Part shown: positions 43,812 through 51,980 of the stretch, piece by piece
Layout of the letters: the number at the start of each line of letters is the position of its first letter
Numbering within the stretch: the first letter of the stretch is position 1
Assembly: GCA_003160635.1 (NCBI GenBank)
Contig: PMLV01000229.1
Coordinates: 3,214-67,213 of the forward strand
Length of the DNA stretch: 64,000 nucleotides
Source of the DNA: Acidimicrobiaceae bacterium
GTDB lineage: Bacteria; Actinomycetota; Acidimicrobiia; Acidimicrobiales; RAAP-2
Reading direction: 5' to 3'
Notes under the pieces: generated by a model
Databases searched by the model: none
What the model saw: only the letters and a program-made list of their open reading frames with translations
What the model was told of the DNA's origin: nothing
Position numbers and translations under genes: made by a program

Positions 43812-44378
43812 CTAGGCGGGAGTCGGCACGACGGATGGCTCAATGTGCCACTGCAGCTCCAAATGTTGGCCGAAGGTGAGGATCCCCGAGGCCATCACAT
43901 CGGTCCACACGAACCCCTGCGCCATCGTGTCGGTGATCGAACCGTCGTCACCGGGGAAGTACACGCCGGTCACCAGGAGACGACCCTCGAGGGGCTTGCC
44001 CGGACCGCTTGCCTCGCGCAGACGATCGATCGTGGCCTGGAAGCTGTCCCGGGACTCGTACTGGAACCCGAAATGGACCGAGCGCTGAGGATCGTCGCGG
44101 AAGTCGTTCTCCCAGTTGTCCGTCGCCTCGCGGAATTCCTGCGACGAGGCCAAGGTGGCCTGCAGCGTCTTCTCGAAGGCCTGCTGCATCTCGGTGAGCT
44201 CCGAGGCGTAGATGACGTTGCTCATGACGTCCATCACGTCGGGGTCTACATGGGCGATGATGTACGGGTACGGCTCGACCTTCGTGACGGCAAAGCCAAG
44301 AGCGACGAAGAGCTCCTTGACCAGCTCGCCATCTCCGGGTGCGTAAATGCATTCGCTGTGCGTGATCCGCTGCAACAT
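43812..44378 (-). CDS. hypothetical protein (possible VOC/glyoxalase-like fold)
   Basis: ATG 44378 (MLQRITHSECIYAPGDGELVKELFVALGF) follows GAGGAGGAG. 188 aa. The function call is weak. Confidence 0.5.
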   Translation of the reverse strand: MLQRITHSECIYAPGDGELVKELFVALGFAVTKVEPYPYIIAHVDPDVMDVMSNVIYASELTEMQQAFEKTLQATLASSQEFREATDNWENDFRDDPQRSVHFGFQYESRDSFQATIDRLREASGPGKPLEGRLLVTGVYFPGDDGSITDTMAQGFVWTDVMASGILTFGQHLELQWHIEPSVVPTPA

Positions 44379-44524
44379 CGGCTCCTCCTCGGACGCCTCA
44401 CGGTCGGCGGGCACTCCCCCTCGACCTTCCACCCCTGGTTCTACCTCCTGCAATGCTTACAATGATCGATAAAGGTCATAGTAGCGACGGAGCACACCCC
44501 CCACAAGGGTGACGGAGTCGACGC

Positions 44525-45175
44525 TCAGGTGGCTTCCCTCAGCCCGAACCGCTTCCAGTGCAGTACCTCTTCGACGGGGCGCCGCGAGACGGGGCCGACC
44601 TCGCCGAGGGGCCAGCCGACCGGGATGGTGACGGTGATGGCCACGTCGTCGGGCAACTCCAGCAGTTGCGGTAGATCGGGACCGGCCAGCATGTGGGTGA
44701 ACGTGAAGGCGGCCCCGAGCCCCAGGGACCGGGCCGCGGCCAGGAGGTTTGCCGCCGCCATGAAGACGCCACTGAATCCCACGCCGGCCTGCACGTACGC
44801 CTCGGGGTAGTCGATCACGTGGTGGCACACGAAGATCATCACCGGGGTCTCCCCGAAGTGACGGACGAGGTGCTTCGCCGACTCTTGCGAACGGCGCACG
44901 CTCGGATCATCGGTCGGGGGGAGCGATGCGGCGTGCATGTCGGCCGCAGCCGCCACCAACCGGCCGACCTCGGCCCGGGTGGCTGCATCCGTCACCACGA
45001 CGAATTCCCAAGGCTGGTCGTTTTCCGGGCTGGCGGCCCGGGTGGCGGCCCAGATCAGCGCCTCGATGGTTTCGATCGGGACGGGATTCGGGGCGAACCG
45101 GCGGACCGCCCGCGAGGTCCCCAGCGCCCCGAACACGTCGTTGCGGGACAACATCGATGCGGCATCCTCGACCAC
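44525..45175 (-). CDS. nitroreductase family protein
   Basis: GTG 45175 follows AGGAGG. SRAVRRFAPNPVPIETIEALIWAATRAASPENDQPWEFVVV is the typical nitroreductase N-terminus. Confidence 0.8.
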   Translation of the reverse strand: MVEDAASMLSRNDVFGALGTSRAVRRFAPNPVPIETIEALIWAATRAASPENDQPWEFVVVTDAATRAEVGRLVAAAADMHAASLPPTDDPSVRRSQESAKHLVRHFGETPVMIFVCHHVIDYPEAYVQAGVGFSGVFMAAANLLAAARSLGLGAAFTFTHMLAGPDLPQLLELPDDVAITVTIPVGWPLGEVGPVSRRPVEEVLHWKRFGLREAT

Positions 45176-45296
45176 TTGTTACCTCCTGTTGGGATGCATC
45201 GGGTCACCGGTTGACCGACCGTGAACGGGAATGTAAGCGACACGCCACGGCGACACAACCGGTGTGCCGGACGTCATCATGGACGACGGCGCCCGG

Positions 45297-46241
45297 TCAT
45301 CGCTGGTGCACCATGGGCATACCGGGCAGAGAGCTCCTGCCCTTGAGGATGTAGGGCGTCTCCAGCGAGCCGATGTAGACATCGCGCATGTCGTCGCCGC
45401 CCCACGCGACGCTGGTGGGCCCGCTGAGGAGCGCCCCCGGGGGATCTTCTGCGATCGTCGCGACCTGGCGGTCCGGCGTCACCGCGACGATGCGATTCGC
45501 CCGAGCCAGCGTGACCCACAGATTCCCCGCCGCGTCGAACGCACAGCCGTCCGCCATCCCCCAACGACGCGTCACTGCCCGGTCGGCGATCAGCGCGGCG
45601 GCATGCTCGCCGTACTCGTCATCACGGCGCCCACCCAGGGGCGGGCTGAATTGTTCCTCAGGACCGAGCCGGGTGCCGCGCCGGGCGAAGCGGACGACGT
45701 CCGCCTTGAGCGTGCGCACGACGTAGAGGTATTCCTCGTCGCGGTCGAGGGCCATGCAATTCGGAAAGTTGACCTCATCGGCGACCACCTCGGGAAGAGA
45801 GTCGGGCCCGTCCATCCGGAAGATGTACCCGTCGGGCCTCCCGTGAGCGATGGTGTGTCGCAGATCCGGGTTCCGGGAGCACACCGACACCCAGAGGGCT
45901 CCCGAGGAGTCGACCAGGACGTAGTTGATCCATTGGAGCGGGCGGTCGCCGACCTTGTCCTGCGCCAGCACCCGAATGGCTCCGGTCAGAGGATCGAGGT
46001 CCTGCAGCGCACCCAGTCCGAAATTGGCAATAAGGAAATGGCCATCGCCGGTGAGCGCGATCCCGTTCGGCTCGCCGCCCGCATCCCCCAAGCGGTCCAA
46101 CCCACCTGGCGCGAGCACGCGCGCCACCGCCGACGCCTTGTCGGAGGCGTACACCGCACCATCGCGCGCGACGAGCACCTGCTCGGGCCGCTCGATCCCG
46201 TGACCGATTGCTTCCAGGTCGTCGATGTGTATGGCCGGCAC
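45297..46241 (-). CDS. SMP-30/gluconolactonase/LRE family protein (lactonase-type beta-propeller)
   Basis: 314 aa. Repeated ..PNGIAL.., ..FPNCMALD.., ..ADGCAFDAAGNLWV.. blades. GTG start after GGGGGG. Confidence 0.75.
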   Translation of the reverse strand: MPAIHIDDLEAIGHGIERPEQVLVARDGAVYASDKASAVARVLAPGGLDRLGDAGGEPNGIALTGDGHFLIANFGLGALQDLDPLTGAIRVLAQDKVGDRPLQWINYVLVDSSGALWVSVCSRNPDLRHTIAHGRPDGYIFRMDGPDSLPEVVADEVNFPNCMALDRDEEYLYVVRTLKADVVRFARRGTRLGPEEQFSPPLGGRRDDEYGEHAAALIADRAVTRRWGMADGCAFDAAGNLWVTLARANRIVAVTPDRQVATIAEDPPGALLSGPTSVAWGGDDMRDVYIGSLETPYILKGRSSLPGMPMVHQR

Positions 46242-46343
46242 GTCACCCCCCGGCGCAAAATATCATCGCGGGCGCGGCGCAGACGACGCTGTCTGTTTTT
46301 TTGCAGCATCATGGGGCCTTGGGCTGCGAGGAGGGGACAATCG

Positions 46344-47156
46344 ATGATCGACCTAGGTCTGGCGGGGAAGCGGGCAATCGTCTCGGGCGCGGGCTTCATC
46401 CCGGAGAGGGCGGGGCACGGACGGCAAAGCTCCCTGAAGCTCGCCGAGGCCGGGGCGACCGTGGCCTGCATCGACATCGACGAGGGCCGGGCCAAGGGCA
46501 TCGTCGCCGAGATCGAATCCATAGGCGGCAAGGCGTTCCCGGTCGTGGCCGACATGACCGACAGAGACCAGGTTCAGCGCGCCGTGGACGAAGCAGCAGG
46601 TTTGCTCGGTGGTATCGACGTCTGCGTCGACATCATCGGCAAGGCGACGTGGAGCCTGGTCGAGGACGTCACTCCGGAAGAATGGCAGCAGGACCTCCAG
46701 CAGAACATCACACAGGTCTTCAACCTCTGGCAGATCGTCGGGCGGCACATGATCGAGCAGGGCACCGGAGGATCGCTCGTGGCGCTGGCGTCGGTCGACG
46801 GCTTCGTCGGTTCCCGCTACCACGCGGCCTACGGGGTGGCGAAGGCGGGGGTGATCTCACTCGCCAAGACCTTTGCCGAGGAACTCGGGCGTTACGGAAT
46901 CAGGGCCAACGCGGTGGCCCCGGGCAACGTCGGCACCGGCAACGAGGACCAGCCTGAGGGCGAGTATGCCGTCGATCCGAAGAACCCACTGGCCGCGCCA
47001 CGGGGAAGCGACATCGCCAACGCCGTGCTCTTTCTCTCATCCGCACTGGCGGCCCGCATCACCGGCCAAACCCTGGTCGTCGACGGTGGGGCGATCATCC
47101 GGTCGCTGTGGGGAATGACGCCGGAGGTCATCCCCCAATTCCGGAGCCTCTACTAG
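46344..47156 (+). CDS. SDR family oxidoreductase
   Basis: ATG 46344 follows GAGGAGGGGA. Motifs GKRAIVSGAG and YGVAKAG. The first 360 aa of the 630-aa track ORF are antisense to the lactonase gene and are rejected. Confidence 0.8.
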   Translation: MIDLGLAGKRAIVSGAGFIPERAGHGRQSSLKLAEAGATVACIDIDEGRAKGIVAEIESIGGKAFPVVADMTDRDQVQRAVDEAAGLLGGIDVCVDIIGKATWSLVEDVTPEEWQQDLQQNITQVFNLWQIVGRHMIEQGTGGSLVALASVDGFVGSRYHAAYGVAKAGVISLAKTFAEELGRYGIRANAVAPGNVGTGNEDQPEGEYAVDPKNPLAAPRGSDIANAVLFLSSALAARITGQTLVVDGGAIIRSLWGMTPEVIPQFRSLY

Positions 47157-48073
47157 GGCCGGGTCACTCCGCCCGCGAATGCAGGCACGACCTCGCGGGC
47201 AAAGCGCTCGAGCTGGGCCACGTCCATTGACCCGAAGCGGAGCGTCACATGGTCGACTCCCACCTGGGCCAGCAGGCCGAAGTCATCGATGAGCTGCGCC
47301 GGGGTGCCGACGTAGCGCGGGCGGTTGTCGTCATCGACCATTTCGGCCGGTGCGTAGGAGAACTCGGTCCCGAGCGGCGCCCTCTCCCGCGGCGACGGCC
47401 AGTGGCCGGGGTCCCGGTCGAGCACCGAGGTCGCGCCGCAGCTGTAGGAGAACGTGAACTCCGCCGGCAAACCGGCTTCGGCCCGGGTATGAAGGATCAG
47501 CTCACGTCCGCGGGCGTACTGCTCCGCCGGCATCCACAGGGGGTGCCACCCGTCGCCGAGCAGGGCGGCCCGGCGCTGCGCCTTCACGGTGTTGCCCCCC
47601 ACCCACAGCGGGACCTCGTCGCTCGGCATCAGGATGAAGCCCTCGGGAGGGTGCCGAATCACCCGCAGGAACTCCTCGGTCATGGCGGCCCGCTCCTCGT
47701 ACGGCGCCACACCCAGGACCTCGAATTCGCCCCGCAGGTAGCCGATGCCGACTCCGAGGACGAACCGGCCCGGCTCGAGATGGGCCCACGTCCCCGCCAT
47801 GGCCGCAACCTGGAGCGGGTGCCGGTACGGAGCGACCAGCACGTCGACGCCGAAACGCACGCGGCGGGTGCGGCCCATGCCCCACCCGCAGGCCGCCAGC
47901 GGCTCGAGAAAGGGCGGCTGCAGGAGGTAGTCCTTGCCGTATTCGGGAATCGCGATGTGATCAGGCAACCAAATCGAGTCGTAGCCGAGGTCCTCGCCCG
48001 CCTCGATCACGTCCACCATGGAGGCGCGATCGATCCACGGGCCGTACGCGGGGATGGCGAAGCCGAATTTCAC
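47153..48073 (-). CDS. LLM class F420-dependent oxidoreductase
   Basis: MKFGFAIPAYG..GYDSIWLPDHI..GRFVLGVGIGY luciferase-like pattern. Confidence 0.8.
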   Translation of the reverse strand: MKFGFAIPAYGPWIDRASMVDVIEAGEDLGYDSIWLPDHIAIPEYGKDYLLQPPFLEPLAACGWGMGRTRRVRFGVDVLVAPYRHPLQVAAMAGTWAHLEPGRFVLGVGIGYLRGEFEVLGVAPYEERAAMTEEFLRVIRHPPEGFILMPSDEVPLWVGGNTVKAQRRAALLGDGWHPLWMPAEQYARGRELILHTRAEAGLPAEFTFSYSCGATSVLDRDPGHWPSPRERAPLGTEFSYAPAEMVDDDNRPRYVGTPAQLIDDFGLLAQVGVDHVTLRFGSMDVAQLERFAREVVPAFAGGVTRP

Positions 48074-48192
48074 CGAGAGCCCCGGTGGTGCGCCGATACC
48101 AAGGATGCCGTCATGACAAATTCCCCTCCCATGGCGTCGTTCAGTGACGCCCCGGGGATCCTACCGAGGCTCCACCGCCTGAGGACGCTCCC

Positions 48193-49740
48193 TCAGACGA
48201 TGCGCGTCGTGTGATCGCCCCAGTAGCGATCGCGCAGCACGAGCTTGTACAACTTTCCGGTGGGGAGCCGCGGCAGCTCCACTTCGAAATCGACGGAACG
48301 CGGACACTTGAAATGGGCCAGGTGCTCCCGGCAGTAGGCGATGAGCTCACGCTCGAGTTCCACGGTCGGTTCGACCCCGGGCACCGGCTGCACCACCGCT
48401 TTGACGGCCTCACCCAGATCGTCGTCGGGCACTCCGATCACGGCGGCGTCCATGACCTTGGGGTGGGTGATCAAGAGGTTCTCCGTCTCCTGGGGGTAGA
48501 TGTTCACGCCGCCGGAGATGATCATGTGGGTCTTGCGGTCGGTCAGGAAGAGATATCCCTTCTCGTCGAGATAGCCCACATCGCCCACCGTGCTGGTGTC
48601 GCCATCGGCGTTGCGGGAAGCGGCCGTCTTGGCTTCATCGTTGAAGTACTCGAAGCTGGTGGCGCCGCGAAACCAGACGGTCCCGGGCGTTCCTGTCGCG
48701 CATGGCGTGCCCTCGTCATCGAGGATGAGGACCTGGCCCAGTACGGCTCGGCCGACCGTGCCCTTGTGGGCCAACCAGTCCTCGGCGTCACAGAACGTGC
48801 AGCCGTTGCCTTCCGTCGCGGCGTAGTACTCCACGATGATGGGCCCGAACCAATCGATCATCTGCTCCTTGACGGCGATGGGGCACGGCGCCGCGGCGTG
48901 GATGATCCTCTCGAGCGAGGAGATGTCAGCCGCCCGCCGCACGGCGTCGGGCAACTTGAGCAACCGCGAGAACATGGTGGGAACGACCTGCGAGTGCGTC
49001 ACACGGTAGCGACCCAGCACGTCGAGGAACTGGGCGGCGTCGAAATGCTCCATCACGACCGCCGTGGCGCCCAGGCGCAGGGTCAGGGCCACGCTGACCT
49101 GCGGAGCCGTGTGGTAGAGCGGCGCGGGCGACAGGTAGACCATGCCCTCACGGAATCCCCAGAGGGCGGCGATACCTTCCGCCGCCGGGAGACGGTCGCC
49201 CGGGTGGGCCCGGGCCAGCGGGCGAAGGATGCCCTTGGGCCGTCCCGTGGTGCCCGACGAGTACAGCATCGGCGCCCCGAGCTCTTCGTCGTCGATCGGA
49301 TCGGTGGAATGTCGGTCGATCGCCTCCTGCCACTCCTCGAACGGTCCTCCCGGCGCGGCGCCCACCATCAGCCAGCGTTCGACGTTCGGGCACAGGTCGG
49401 GTAGCCGCTGCGCCACGTCGGCCTTGGAGGCCGACGTCATCACGACCCTGGCTTGCGAGTCGTTGATGACGTAGGCCACTTCTTCCGGCGAGAGATAGGA
49501 GTTGATGCAGGTGAAGAAGGCGCCCGTTCGCTCCGCGCCACCTTCACTGATCAACATGCGCGGCTCGTTGTCCATGAAGATCGCCATATGGTCGCGGCGA
49601 CGCACCCCGGTCTCGCGCAAGAGGTGGGCCACCTGGTTCGCCCCGGCCTCGTAGGCGGCGTAGGTCACCACCTCGCCGCTCGTCGCCATGACGATGGCCG
49701 GCTTGTCGGGCTCGCGTGCGGCGTGCTCAGCGGCGTACAT
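48193..49740 (-). CDS. acyl-CoA synthetase (AMP-forming)
   Basis: YSSGTTGRPKG, GDVGYLDEKGYLFLTDRK and C-terminal FKCPRSVDF..PTGKLYK. Confidence 0.85.
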   Translation of the reverse strand: MYAAEHAAREPDKPAIVMATSGEVVTYAAYEAGANQVAHLLRETGVRRRDHMAIFMDNEPRMLISEGGAERTGAFFTCINSYLSPEEVAYVINDSQARVVMTSASKADVAQRLPDLCPNVERWLMVGAAPGGPFEEWQEAIDRHSTDPIDDEELGAPMLYSSGTTGRPKGILRPLARAHPGDRLPAAEGIAALWGFREGMVYLSPAPLYHTAPQVSVALTLRLGATAVVMEHFDAAQFLDVLGRYRVTHSQVVPTMFSRLLKLPDAVRRAADISSLERIIHAAAPCPIAVKEQMIDWFGPIIVEYYAATEGNGCTFCDAEDWLAHKGTVGRAVLGQVLILDDEGTPCATGTPGTVWFRGATSFEYFNDEAKTAASRNADGDTSTVGDVGYLDEKGYLFLTDRKTHMIISGGVNIYPQETENLLITHPKVMDAAVIGVPDDDLGEAVKAVVQPVPGVEPTVELERELIAYCREHLAHFKCPRSVDFEVELPRLPTGKLYKLVLRDRYWGDHTTRIV

Positions 49741-49755
49741 GGCGCAGCGCCCCTC

Positions 49756-50982
49756 TCATCGTGGGCCCAGGCTGTCGTAGAGCGCGCCGACGAGGACGGC
49801 GCCCATGAGGGGCATGGCCTGATTCTCCAAGTGGTTGCGCACGAACCCGCACCCGACGCGAGCAACGGGATCCGCGAATCCGATCTGCCCACCCGCCCCC
49901 ATGTGCCCGAAGGCCTCATCGTTGGGACCGTGTTGGCGCGGCGCACCCGGCACGAGCCCGGGTGGCTCGCGCGTGTAGCCGACGGCCCACCGTGTCGGGA
50001 CACCCATGACCGCGTCGCGTCCACACACCTGCTGCTCGCTGAAGCGTTCGACCGATGGGCGCGAGACGAGGTCCTCGCCCTGGGCCAAGCACGCATAGAG
50101 CCGAGCCAACCCACGTGCCGTGGCCGTGGCGCCGAGGGCACCGATCTCGGCGCGCTGCACCGCCGGCGTGTTCATGAACCTGGCGAATCGAGGTGCGCCG
50201 TGCTCGTCGGCGAACAGGTTCCCATCGGGCCCGGCGAGCACCGACCGCCCCGCCCATGAGGTGGGGTCAATGGTGGTGAGGTTGCTCCGTCGTGATGATG
50301 AGGTGGTCCATTCGATCACCTCTGCCACGGTGCGTTGCTCGTCGAGCGGCGTCCCGATCCGGCAATCGAGACCCAGGGGTTGCCCGATCTCTTCGCGGAA
50401 GAAGGCACCGAGACCCTTCCCCGAGACGCGGCGGACGAGCTCGCCGATCAGCCATCCGAACGTCACGCCGTGGTAGCCGTGCTTGGTGCCGGCGACCCAG
50501 GCGGACGGGGCGGATGCAATGGCGGCCGCGATGGCCGGAGGGTCGTCCCATCCCGTCCCGTCCCAGGACAGGATGCGTGCTGGCTCCGGCACCCCGATCG
50601 CCCCGGATTGATGGCTCAACAACTGCCGGACGAGGGTCCCCTCTTTCCCTGCCGCTCCGAACTCGGGCCAGTACGCCACCACGGGGGCGTCGAGGTCGAG
50701 CTGACCCCGGTCGTGCAGCACATGGGCGCACAGCGTGGTCAGTCCCTTCGTGGCCGACATGATCACGGCTCGTGTTTCCTCGGACCATCGCTGTCCCGGC
50801 GCGGCGTAGCCGGCCCAGATGTCGACCACCCGCTCACCGTCGACGAACGCGGCAAACGCGCCTCCCCCCGCACCGAGGTCCGCCGGGCGTTCGCGCCCGC
50901 CGATGTCCACCCGGGTGCCGTGCGCCAAGAGATCAGCAACCCGTTCAAAGCCTGGGGCAACGAACCCCTCCACGTCGTTCAC
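49756..50982 (-). CDS. serine hydrolase, beta-lactamase/esterase (class C-like) family
   Basis: SxxK motif SATKGL. GTG 50982 overlaps the upstream stop as GTGA; the track start 51030 would overlap by 52 nt. Confidence 0.75.
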   Translation of the reverse strand: MNDVEGFVAPGFERVADLLAHGTRVDIGGRERPADLGAGGGAFAAFVDGERVVDIWAGYAAPGQRWSEETRAVIMSATKGLTTLCAHVLHDRGQLDLDAPVVAYWPEFGAAGKEGTLVRQLLSHQSGAIGVPEPARILSWDGTGWDDPPAIAAAIASAPSAWVAGTKHGYHGVTFGWLIGELVRRVSGKGLGAFFREEIGQPLGLDCRIGTPLDEQRTVAEVIEWTTSSSRRSNLTTIDPTSWAGRSVLAGPDGNLFADEHGAPRFARFMNTPAVQRAEIGALGATATARGLARLYACLAQGEDLVSRPSVERFSEQQVCGRDAVMGVPTRWAVGYTREPPGLVPGAPRQHGPNDEAFGHMGAGGQIGFADPVARVGCGFVRNHLENQAMPLMGAVLVGALYDSLGPR

Positions 50983-51980
50983 AGCTTTCGGAGTTCCTCT
51001 TCGACGGCGGGCCACCACTCCTTGCGCCACCAGGCGACGTTGATGCGATCCGCCAGCCCGCCGTAGCGCCGGCGCACCTCGCCGGCCAACAATTCGGGCC
51101 GGGTGATGATCGTGAGGGTGTCGAGCATCTCATCGTCCACCAGACGGGCCATGTCGTCCCACGCCCCGCGCCTGGAGCAGTCGTAGAGCTCCGGCTGCAG
51201 ATCGCCCCACCCGTGCACCTCGAGGACCGGGACGTAGGCCGGCGTCGACCCGTAGAAGGCCACCTGCTGGCGCAGGGCGGCGCGCGCCTTCGCCAGTTTC
51301 TCGTCCGTGTCAGCCACTGCGATGAACCCGGGGCAGGTGAGCTCGATGTCGGCCCGGGTGCGCCCCGCCCGCTCCAGGCCACGCTGCAACGCCGGCAGCG
51401 TCACCTCGCGCACGTAGCGAGCGCTGGAGAACCCATGTGTGATCACCCCGTCGGCGACTTCACCGGCGACTTCTGTCATCCGTTCCCCCACCGCCGCCAG
51501 AAAGACACGCGGTGCCCCCATGGCATGGGGCCGGGGCGCGAAGAGCGGTGTCATCAACGTATGCGTGTAGAACTCTCCTCGAAAGTCGAGTGGCGTGCCT
51601 TCGTTGAACGAAGACCAGATGGCCCGCAGCGCGAGGACGTACTCGCGCATGCGCGCCGCCGGCCTCGACCACGTCGAGCTGAACCGGCGCTCGATGTGCC
51701 CCCGCACCTGTGAGCCCAGGCCGACGATCAGGCGGCCCCGGGAATACTCCTGGAGTTGGTTCGTCGTGTACGCCAGGCTCATGGGATTGCGGGCGAACGC
51801 AATGGCGATCGATGTACCGAGCGAGACGTCCCGCGAGTGCTCGGCCGCCAGGGCCAACGTGAGAAACGGATCGTTCACCGTTTCAGATGCCCAGAGACAA
51901 TCGAGCCCTGCCTCTTCCGCCGCGGCAACGCGCGCCGGAACAGAGGCGAGATGTGACCCGATCCCGGTGTCGATCTTCAC
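50979..51980 (-). CDS. LLM class F420-dependent oxidoreductase
   Basis: The C-terminal 333 aa of the track ORF. GTG 51980 (VKIDTGIG..) overlaps the upstream stop as GTGA. Motifs GLDCLWASE and GRLIVGLGSQ. Confidence 0.8.
   Translation of the reverse strand: MKIDTGIGSHLASVPARVAAAEEAGLDCLWASETVNDPFLTLALAAEHSRDVSLGTSIAIAFARNPMSLAYTTNQLQEYSRGRLIVGLGSQVRGHIERRFSSTWSRPAARMREYVLALRAIWSSFNEGTPLDFRGEFYTHTLMTPLFAPRPHAMGAPRVFLAAVGERMTEVAGEVADGVITHGFSSARYVREVTLPALQRGLERAGRTRADIELTCPGFIAVADTDEKLAKARAALRQQVAFYGSTPAYVPVLEVHGWGDLQPELYDCSRRGAWDDMARLVDDEMLDTLTIITRPELLAGEVRRRYGGLADRINVAWWRKEWWPAVEEELRKL

Noticed and set aside
43740-44459. Shared 9-mer TAAGCATTG in two intergenic regions of the 45175->38857 operon (43740..43748 on +, 44451..44459 on -).
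   Set aside because: A 9-bp match in opposite orientations within 64 kb is about what chance predicts, and no extended similarity surrounds it.
45264-47156. 630-aa (+) ORF, and similarly the 527-aa ORF 60358..61941 (+), read as single large proteins.
   Set aside because: In each case the N-terminal part is the antisense shadow of a well-supported minus-strand gene (lactonase; tandem GntR). The real genes start at ATG 46344 and ATG 61165, each in its own divergent promoter region; 46344 also has a GAGGAGGGGA RBS.
47153-47156. Convergent SDR (+) and LLM (-) genes overlapping by their stop codons in the palindrome CTAG.
   Set aside because: It is real in the sequence but is a trivial consequence of TAG being self-overlapping on both strands. 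No functional inference is justified.
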